The position numbers and the translations under genes were made by a program. The notes below the pieces were generated by a model that had not been told where the DNA came from, did not search any database, and saw only the letters and a program-made list of their open reading frames with translations. Source: Ophelia neglecta (taxonomy: Eukaryota). Taken from it: DNA of 64,000 nt. The stretch is taken from NCBI GenBank assembly GCA_965285935.1, contig OZ260661.1:43276001-43340000 (forward strand), given 5' to 3'. Positions 30,380 to 38,152 of the stretch are shown here, one piece after another. Within the stretch, counting starts at the first letter, position 1; every line of letters begins with the position of its first letter.

Positions 30380-32495
30380 CCACATTTGGTCAACAGTAAT
30401 TATATATCAGGAGCTTTTAAATTATTATATTTAAGAGAACTGATTTCCTCACTATATTCCATTAGGCCACAGAAGTTTAGCAAGTGTACACTCTGCATAT
30501 CGTAACATGACAGACAACACTTCCCGAAAACTCCTTCTCTACACCTGCTATCATTAACATCACATCATTTTCAAGAAATAATATCCAATGCAATATATTT
30601 ACTGTAGATATAACCACAAAGGTTTATGGACTCTTCTCTCATATCTGTTCTGGTGTTGGTTGACATGGTGGAGTGTTGGTGCTCGCTGGCATATAAAGAG
30701 CCATAGAGAACATATTGGAAAATAAAGCTTCTTTTTTACATATTTTGCATGTGTTATGTCAGAATAAGGGACAGTTTCACATTGCAGCCATTTGATCAGA
30801 TGCCTGTGAGGCATAAAACCCCAGGGCCTGATCAGGGAAACTAAACTCTCAGTGATACTTTAGAATAAACTAACAAACTGCATTTACCTGGTTTTTATGC
30901 TTAAACATAGGTTCTATATTCATCTAATAGATGACTAGTTTTTTTTCATTTTCAAAGTCTAGTTAATAATAAACTTTGGTGGCAAACTTAAGAATGGGTC
31001 TTGTATTGAAATAGCCAAGTTCCTTTATAAAAATTTTAATTTAAAAAAAAAACAAAAAAGCTATGGCCCAACCTTAATGTAGAAGTAAGGGTGCTTCTGA
31101 GACTATAGAATAAGTGTCTTCTATTAGACAATTTACTGTATGCCAAGTTGTCTTGCACTGAATCAAGAAATTAATCTCACTAGTTAGTTTTGCAGTGGTA
31201 TTTATATGGCTGATACTACTAGTAATGTTAGGGGTGAACAAGTATTGTTTTGTAATACTAGAAGAGGAAAAAAAATTAATGTCAGGAGTGTAAAAATGTC
31301 TTTGAAGCAGATAAAATAGTGATATTCTCAACCTCTCTTCCATGCAGTCCATGAACAGAGGCCAAACAGTCCAAACAAAGTGTTTGGACTTACGATTCAG
31401 TGGTTTAGTTGAAAATATCCTCTGAACTATAATTGTATTATCTCTCAAATAGTTCTAGTCACCGTCAGACATCATAGAATATTGCTCCTTTGCTGGTAAA
31501 AAAACTAAACAGTCCCATAACATCACACCTCGACCACTAGTATATCATTTCTTTCAAATTATTTGCTGGTACATGTACATGTAATTGAATTAATTGGGTT
31601 TGGTATTTGCACAGTGAAGGTGTTACAGCCATTTTCACCTGTTTGGCCTGTGAATGTGAAGCCCTGTCAATGATGGCAACAATATGATCTATTATGATAA
31701 CCATTAAATGCATGTCAGGCACCTCAGAAGGTTTTTTTGTAATAATGGAAAGGTGTGTCCTTTCTGAAGAACATTGACTGTAGTTGCCATGATTGTGTGC
31801 CTTGGGGATGTAAGGTATATGAAGAAATTGAATGTCTTGACTAAGCATTCCTCCATTACATTGTGCCAGCCATCTGAGCACAGCTTAGAAATAGAGCACC
31901 TCATGGTTTTTCCTTTAGGGAGTCCAAATAAATTCTATGAAGAAACTATACACCCATGATGAAGTCCAGTACATTGCCTATCTTAACCTTAACATTTGTC
32001 CACCATGTTGCAATGTAATATTGTTTATATGGATCTATTTGGGGGCCTTGGTTCTATCAACACTATTCAGCTGTTTGCAGTCAATATTGAAAGAGAATAT
32101 CAACATGGTGAAAAGCAATTCTCAATGATATGTCAAGCAAATGTAATAGAATACCTAGTTAATTAACAATGAAGAAATGGTTGCCATCAGCTAGGTTTTA
32201 AAGAAGATTGATTGTAAAGAAACTTACTAGATACTTACATCAGTGTATGGTAATTATAATTTGTCAGACAGGTTCATCTTTTACACAAGGTAAATATTAT
32301 AAGCAGTCAGCAATAGTTTGTGCTATGGCAATTGCTATCAACAGAGTCAACGTAAATATAATATTACAAGTCTGATAAAGTTGTTACATTTATATTAATT
32401 AAACGATGCTGTTCATTTTTCTTAAAGATATCCAAGTCTCACTTTTCACTAGTTATGTATAAACTATCAGAATCAGAACGTCTTGTTAAACAAGG
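30380..32495 (-). pseudogene. Degenerate L1/Tx1-like LINE ORF2 fossil (endonuclease end through RT)
   Basis: In order on the minus strand: LDIFKKN (~32410-32435), WWTNVKVKI (~31980-32010), TWHTVNCLIEDTYSIVSEA (cf. NWRPISLLNxDYKI), FIKE (cf. GFIKGR), LDFE (~30950-30962), LIKWLQ...YSDI, RYAECTL (~30485-30505; cf. QYADDTTL). Confidence 0.5.
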
Positions 32496-32737
32496 TAATT
32501 AACAATTATTTGCGTTTGAGGAACGAATTAGAAAATAATTGTGTTATTAACAGACGGCGACGCGTCTGTACGGGTAAGCTGCTCGAAACAGCTTTTCTCT
32601 GAATAGCTCGTATAGCTAACCAGAAAGCGTGGCTGCCACGGGAGTGGCCCTCCAAGGAGCGGCCGGTTCAGCGGACACGGCCTCTGAAGTCATTCTCGGC
32701 TTGACCACGAAGGGTGCACTACCTAAATTAGAATAAC
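32496..32737 (+). repeat. Split direct repeat A1 (242 bp), 5' terminus of the element
   Basis: Matches 37238-37479 at a constant offset of 4742, with one mismatch seen (G32572 vs A37314). Confidence 0.95.
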
Positions 32738-32742
32738 TAACC

Positions 32743-33447
32743 ATGACCAGTACAGAAGCCTTGGAAAAATTCAAAGCCGATATTATAAAGGAGTTTGAGG
32801 GCCAGTTCGCAGAACTACAGCAAAAACAAAGTTCGCTAGTAAGCAGCATTACGAAAAAATTGCATCCTGACCACCCACAGCACGAATGGAAGCGACAAGG
32901 AACGAAAAAGCAATACGATTTCAACAACAGCGTTAAAGATCATCTGACCACTGCCCAAGAATCATTGGAGAACAACGACCCTGACCAGGCCAAATCATCA
33001 ATTATACAAGGTATCGTCGCTATAGAAAATAGAAACAAACTTATTCGTATCGCCGATACTACCCCCGACGGCTGGGCCGTAGTAGACGAATATACGACGA
33101 GAGGCATCGCAGACGACTCCGACGACGACAAAAAGATACGCAAAGCCGAAAAACTCGTCAAGAAAAGGCGGGAAGAAGAGCGGGAAAAGAGGCGCCGCAC
33201 CCCACAAAATCGCAGAGGCTACCAAAGACGCCAATACTCTAGTTACTGGAGACCTGCCCTGGCCGCACCTCCAATTCGTCCAAGCCTTCCATCCTACCCC
33301 ACCAGCTCCTTCTCAAACATCAGACCAAACTTCACTCGACAAACAAGCGATTCCTGCCATTTCTGCGGAAATTTTGGCCATTGGCACCGTACTTGCCCAG
33401 CAAGGCTAGCTTCCCTTTCGGCAGCCTCAGACAGCAAAGGACAATAA
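32743..33447 (+). CDS. gag: Gag-like ORF1 (234 aa) with CCHC zinc knuckle
   Basis: CHFCGNFGHWHRTC is C-X2-C-X4-H-X4-C at 33355-33396. The segment RNKLIRIAD..GW..V.EY....IADDSDD.KKIRKAE resembles Gag of animal YR retrotransposons. The ATG lies 6 nt after the end of A1, with an in-frame TAA just upstream. Confidence 0.88.
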   Translation: MTSTEALEKFKADIIKEFEGQFAELQQKQSSLVSSITKKLHPDHPQHEWKRQGTKKQYDFNNSVKDHLTTAQESLENNDPDQAKSSIIQGIVAIENRNKLIRIADTTPDGWAVVDEYTTRGIADDSDDDKKIRKAEKLVKKRREEEREKRRRTPQNRRGYQRRQYSSYWRPALAAPPIRPSLPSYPTSSFSNIRPNFTRQTSDSCHFCGNFGHWHRTCPARLASLSAASDSKGQ

Positions 33448-33526
33448 AAAGCTAAGTACACAACTTAGACTATTATCATATCCTACCCCCTATCGAGATA
33501 TTCTTCGTCATAGCTTATCATTCAAG

Positions 33527-35536
33527 ATGTCTAAAATTATCAAACCAAATATTCCAGAAAAGAAACAAATGCCTATTTCGGTCGTGGGTCGCCTAAAACA
33601 AAACCTTAATTTTTGGAAATCAATTGGGGCATCAAAGGAAATCATCAAAATTATAGAACATGGATACGTAACTCCCTTTGTAGGCAACCCCCCTCCCATT
33701 TACCTCAAAAATAACAAGTCTAGCCGCGAAGAGCCCACATTTGTTAATGACGCGATAGCCGATTTACTATCAACAGGAGCGGTCATAAAAACGCCAAAGC
33801 CCCCGCGCATTGTAAATCCATTGACAGTAGCTATCAATGAAAAAGGCAAAAAACGCTTGGTGCTCGATTTAAGACACGTCAACAAATATGTATACCACAA
33901 AAAATTCAAATTTGAAGATTTAAACACAGCGCTTAACTATATCAAACCAAATTCCTATATGTTTTGCTTTGACCTAAAATCAGGTTATCATCATATAGAA
34001 TTATGTTCTACCCAAAGGGAATATTTTGGTTTTGCCTACCCTGACAAAGACGGGAATTCCCAATATTATATTTTTACTGTTCTACCCTTCGGGTTATGCT
34101 CAGCCGGACTTGTATTTTCCAAAGTCCTAAGAGAGTTAGTCAAACACTGGAGAGCATTCGGTATACAAATTGTACTCTACCTAGATGACGGTATCGGCGC
34201 CGAAGATACGCGCGAAATCGCTTGTACACACAGCGCCATAGTGAAAGAAGATCTAGCAAAATCAGGTTTTGTAGAGAATTCAGAAAAGTCTGATTGGAAT
34301 CCCACGAGAAAACTAACTTGGCTGGGATCCACAATTGATACAGAGAGCGCAAAAATTTTTATACCAGCCGAAAAGGTCCAAAACATTCTCGAACTTCTTC
34401 AACAAGTGTTCCAAAACGACCATTTGGTAACCGCCAGATTTATTGCAAAAATCGTGGGAAAAATAACCGCGTGCTATCAAGCTCTAGGTGACACCGTTTA
34501 CCTGAGAACGAAATTTCTCCAAATGCACGTAATATCAAGATACAGTTGGGATTCCACAACACTAGTAGGCGCCAAACCCACCAGCGAATTACTTTTTTGG
34601 TTAAAAAACATACAAACCTTAAACGGCAGGCCGTTCATTGAAAATGAAATCACAACCAAATTAGCATTTTCCGACGCCAGCGGTACAGGTTGCGCTTCGT
34701 GGATCAAAGGAGCACAAGCTCCACAAATCGCACATAGACAGTGGTCCGATCTAGAAAAAGTTAAAAGCAGTACTTGGCGAGAACTCGAAGCAGTACGTCA
34801 CGGACTTTGGTCCTTCGGTCAACCACTAGCAAACCAGAGAGTACACTGGTTTACAGACAACACAAACGTCGTCCCTATTATCAAAAAAGGCAGCATGGTT
34901 GAGGAACTCCATTCACTCAGCCTCCGAATCAACGATATCTGCTCCATCCGAAATATTCGCTTGCAAGTTTCATGGATCCCGCGAGAACAAAACCAAGATG
35001 CCGACGCATACTCGCGAATAATAGACATCGAAGATTGGGTAATAGCAAACCATATCTTCAAATATTTGAACCAAATTTGGGGCAAGTGTGATATAGACAG
35101 ATTTGCCAGTTCAAAAAACCACAAATTACCACGTTACAACTCCCGTTTTTGGGACCCAAATTCCGAGGGAATAGACACATTCACACAAGATTGGTCCAAA
35201 ACATTTAACTGGTTAGTGCCACCTGTTTACTTGATAACGAGAACAATACTACATGCACGCATTTGTCATGCAGCAGGCATACTAATTGTCCCCTTTTGGC
35301 CATCTTCCACATTCTGGCCACTAATCACAAAGAGAGGTGGGGTAGGATTCAAAGAATTTGTCAAAGCCTATAGAGAATTTGGCAACATTTATCAACACGG
35401 CGAAAACAAAAAATCTTTGTTCGGATCCAAAAGATTCCAAGGAAAATCTTTGGCTCTTTACATAGATTTTAAGCCCGGACCAGTAAGTATATATGATAGG
35501 AACTTGCAATATCCATGTTATTGGCAAATTGATTAA
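33527..35536 (+). CDS. pol: Pol: reverse transcriptase + RNase H + C-terminal DNA adenine methyltransferase-like domain (669 aa)
   Basis: RT motifs: RLVLDLRHVN, FDLKSGYHH, LPFGL, YLDD (34178-34189), TWLG. RNase H D-E-D-D residues: FSDASG, STWRELEAV, FTDN, NQDADAYSR. MT-like motifs: IDRFAS (DRFAS at 35096-35110) and WLVPPVY (VPPVY at 35216-35230). Confidence 0.95.
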   Translation: MSKIIKPNIPEKKQMPISVVGRLKQNLNFWKSIGASKEIIKIIEHGYVTPFVGNPPPIYLKNNKSSREEPTFVNDAIADLLSTGAVIKTPKPPRIVNPLTVAINEKGKKRLVLDLRHVNKYVYHKKFKFEDLNTALNYIKPNSYMFCFDLKSGYHHIELCSTQREYFGFAYPDKDGNSQYYIFTVLPFGLCSAGLVFSKVLRELVKHWRAFGIQIVLYLDDGIGAEDTREIACTHSAIVKEDLAKSGFVENSEKSDWNPTRKLTWLGSTIDTESAKIFIPAEKVQNILELLQQVFQNDHLVTARFIAKIVGKITACYQALGDTVYLRTKFLQMHVISRYSWDSTTLVGAKPTSELLFWLKNIQTLNGRPFIENEITTKLAFSDASGTGCASWIKGAQAPQIAHRQWSDLEKVKSSTWRELEAVRHGLWSFGQPLANQRVHWFTDNTNVVPIIKKGSMVEELHSLSLRINDICSIRNIRLQVSWIPREQNQDADAYSRIIDIEDWVIANHIFKYLNQIWGKCDIDRFASSKNHKLPRYNSRFWDPNSEGIDTFTQDWSKTFNWLVPPVYLITRTILHARICHAAGILIVPFWPSSTFWPLITKRGGVGFKEFVKAYREFGNIYQHGENKKSLFGSKRFQGKSLALYIDFKPGPVSIYDRNLQYPCYWQID

Positions 35537-35874
35537 ATATACTTTATTAATTGATTAATAGTTCGACAGATTACTGAAATCGATAGTACAGAATTTCACT
35601 GTATATATATACATATATATGTATATAAATTTCTCAACTGGAGCGTCAGCCCAGAAGTACCACACGAGATGGTACGATACACAACCGGGTTTTTTCTCCC
35701 GAGGCCTACAAAAGGCTAACTCACCCAGGCAACGAGCCTGTATAGACAAAACATTGAATAAAAACTAATCAATACGATGAAATACCCACACGCACTAGCA
35801 CGTTAAGTAGCCTAAATTTAAGACCAAAAAAGTACACAAAAGGACACGCAGTGCATATATGACACATATAAATT

Positions 35875-36918
35875 ATGTATAACACATTATTTTTTAAACT
35901 TACAGAGATCCTAAGCCACCATACCAGTGACTTTCAGCATCTACAAAATCCAGAACTTCAGAGTTTAGTCGCCAAGCTCCCGGACACTCTACTGGCCAGC
36001 AGAGCAACAAGCACCACTTCGTCATACGAAGGAGCCTTCCGAAGATTCAAATCTTGGATATCGCACTTCGAAGAACTCTCATATCTCCCAGCCACCCAAG
36101 TCTCCGTAACACTGTACCTCCTTTCCTTAATTCAAGAAGGGAAATCGACCTCCGTGCTAAAAAACGCTCACTCCGCCATAGCGTGGGCACACAAACTAGC
36201 AGGTTTCGAAAATCCCACGGACAACACAACAGTAAAACTAGTATTCGAAGCCGGACTAAGAATTAACGGTAAACCTGTCAACAAAAAAGAGGTCATCACT
36301 GTGGATATTCTCGCAAAAATCGTAAACCTCTGTGACACTGAACAAAACTTCATGTCTGTAAGGAGAGCAACATTGTGTCTACTAGCTTTCGCAGGTTTTT
36401 TAAGATACAGCGAACTAGTAAATATCAGACGCTGTGATATCGATTTCCATCCACAGCACATGACGCTGTTTATCGAAAAATCCAAAACTGACATTTATAG
36501 AGATGGTAAAATACTAGTTATTGCAAAAACCCATACAAATTTATGTCCTGTAACCATGTTGGAAAAATACCTCTCAATGCTTTCATTGTTAAACTCACAG
36601 TCCGATGAATTCATTTTCAGAGCAGTCTCACCATTGAAGTCCTCGGAAGGATACAAACTCAGAGAGAATCCTCGCCACATTTCTTACTCTACAGTAAGAG
36701 ATTTACTTAAACACGCATTAATTTCAGTGAAAGAAGATCCAACCAAATTTGGTCTACATAGCATGAGAGCCGGGGGAGCCTCTGCAGCGGCAAACAACGG
36801 AGTTTCTGACAGAATGTTTAAAAGACACGGTCGCTGGAAGAGCGATACCGCCAAAGACGGTTACATCAAAGACAAACTAGAAAGTCGACTTGCTGTAACT
36901 TTAGCATTAGGCTTATGA
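35875..36918 (+). CDS. Tyrosine recombinase (347 aa): N-terminal core-binding domain plus lambda-integrase-family catalytic domain
   Basis: The catalytic set is complete: R177 (FLRYSEL), K204 (KSKTD), H295-x-x-R298 (HSMRAGGA), W321 (HGRW), Y330 (DGYI). The true start is uncertain. Confidence 0.95.
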   Translation: MYNTLFFKLTEILSHHTSDFQHLQNPELQSLVAKLPDTLLASRATSTTSSYEGAFRRFKSWISHFEELSYLPATQVSVTLYLLSLIQEGKSTSVLKNAHSAIAWAHKLAGFENPTDNTTVKLVFEAGLRINGKPVNKKEVITVDILAKIVNLCDTEQNFMSVRRATLCLLAFAGFLRYSELVNIRRCDIDFHPQHMTLFIEKSKTDIYRDGKILVIAKTHTNLCPVTMLEKYLSMLSLLNSQSDEFIFRAVSPLKSSEGYKLRENPRHISYSTVRDLLKHALISVKEDPTKFGLHSMRAGGASAAANNGVSDRMFKRHGRWKSDTAKDGYIKDKLESRLAVTLALGL

Positions 36919-37157
36919 AACATATTTTTCATTGTATTTCAGAAACCAGTAGCTTGATGACCGAATCTCAGCACTATATGCCTTGAATTAGGCCTACAGC
37001 AAAGCCGATCGCCTAAACATATATAACACGTACACTATTGTTAACTCGTCACTGTACACTACACAATACCGTATGCACCGTAAAAATTTAATAAAGGCAA
37101 TTATTAAATATTGATGCATAATTCATATCCATATTTTGACTCAGTCTTTATATTCCT

Positions 37158-37240
37158 CGGCAGTCGCACCCCCGTGAAGCCACCCTTAAAGTAAGGTGTT
37201 ACTTTTCATTCTATAAATCAGCAGAGCTGACAGGTAATAA
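37158..37240 (+). repeat. Split direct repeat B1 (83 bp), internal, overlapping A2 by TAA
   Basis: Matches 38070-38152 at an offset of 912, with one mismatch seen (A37215 vs G38127). Confidence 0.95.
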
Positions 37241-37479
37241 TTAACAATTATTTGCGTTTGAGGAACGAATTAGAAAATAATTGTGTTATTAACAGACGGC
37301 GACGCGTCTGTACAGGTAAGCTGCTCGAAACAGCTTTTCTCTGAATAGCTCGTATAGCTAACCAGAAAGCGTGGCTGCCACGGGAGTGGCCCTCCAAGGA
37401 GCGGCCGGTTCAGCGGACACGGCCTCTGAAGTCATTCTCGGCTTGACCACGAAGGGTGCACTACCTAAATTAGAATAAC
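37238..37479 (+). repeat. Split direct repeat A2 (242 bp), internal
   Basis: Direct copy of A1. The B1-A2 join reproduces the predicted circle junction. Confidence 0.95.
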
Positions 37480-38063
37480 ATAACTAAATTTTCCTTTAGA
37501 TCAAGAAAAAATTTACTGACCTCGTTTCTTTCAGCACTATCGGGTTACTGAAACAATATTTCTTCAAAAATTTCAGAATGGAGAGAAAAAGAAGAGACAA
37601 CATTAAAGATACCCTGTTTATCTAGAGGAAAAATCGTTTATAACAATATTTATTTTAACAGTTCATAACGCAACTCTTTGATATCTTTAATCTACATTGG
37701 GCAAAATAAAAATCCCAGGAACCTTTTAACAATCGCTTGTTAGCTGGTCACCGAGAAGTGCTTTTAAGCATACTCTACAGCAAACGTAAAACAGGGCCTG
37801 GTGCACCTCCCCGAGTTTTCCTACATAAATAAAGATGTAGGTTTTTAAGGGGTTGGGTGGCCGCGCGATTGTACGGATATTAATTGTAATGCCCACACGC
37901 TTTGTATTTAAATTGAGTGTACAGCTACATGGTTCAAAGTAACAGCACATGCTATCGAAATATAAAATACAATAAACCTATATTTACTTCATGTATATAT
38001 AGACGTAGATAAGAATAATTGTATACGACTACAAGAAAAGATGTACACTCCCGATTAATACTT

Positions 38064-38069
38064 AATAAA
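38064..38069 (+). promoter_or_regulatory. Candidate polyadenylation signal of the element transcript
   Basis: AATAAA lies immediately before B2, so cleavage would fall inside B2, as the split-repeat replication model expects. Other AATAAA hexamers occur in the AT-rich spacer. Confidence 0.4.
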
Positions 38070-38152
38070 CGGCAGTCGCACCCCCGTGAAGCCACCCTTA
38101 AAGTAAGGTGTTACTTTTCATTCTATGAATCAGCAGAGCTGACAGGTAATAA
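38070..38152 (+). repeat. Split direct repeat B2 (83 bp), 3' terminus of the element
   Basis: Direct copy of B1, ending ...GACAGGTAATAA. CpG-poor host-like sequence resumes afterwards. Confidence 0.95.

Larger units (their letters stand above)
32496..38152 (+). mobile_element. Tyrosine-recombinase (DIRS-order) retrotransposon, PAT-like, with split direct repeats; apparently intact
   Basis: ORF order is gag (CCHC), RT/RNaseH/MT-like, YR. Repeat order is A1 (32496-32737), B1 (37158-37240), A2 (37238-37479), B2 (38070-38152). There are no LTRs, no DDE integrase and no protease. The element is CpG-rich against CpG-poor flanks. Split direct repeats plus an MT domain fit PAT-like elements better than DIRS1 (ITR/ICR) or Ngaro (normally no MT). 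Confidence 0.95.

Noticed and set aside
32290-32495. Extension of the element upstream of A1 (loose B-like words ACTTTTCA, TATAAA, ACAAGGTAA)
   Set aside because: The similarity is patchy, the A1/A2 alignment stops sharply at TAA, and the stretch reads better as LINE fossil on the minus strand. Other copies are needed to exclude it fully.
32616-36680. Antisense and alternative-frame ORFs inside the element (e.g. 32616-32927, 34819-35124, 36168-36494)
   Set aside because: Shadow ORFs of the real coding strand, with no recognisable motifs.
35875-36918. Prophage or bacterial integrase, or a Crypton DNA transposon
   Set aside because: The recombinase is linked to gag and RT/RNase H within split direct repeats, which defines a YR retrotransposon.
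32496-37479. A1 and A2 as ordinary LTRs of an LTR retrotransposon
   Set aside because: No TG...CA ends, primer-binding site, protease or DDE integrase. The B repeats show the element continues past A2.
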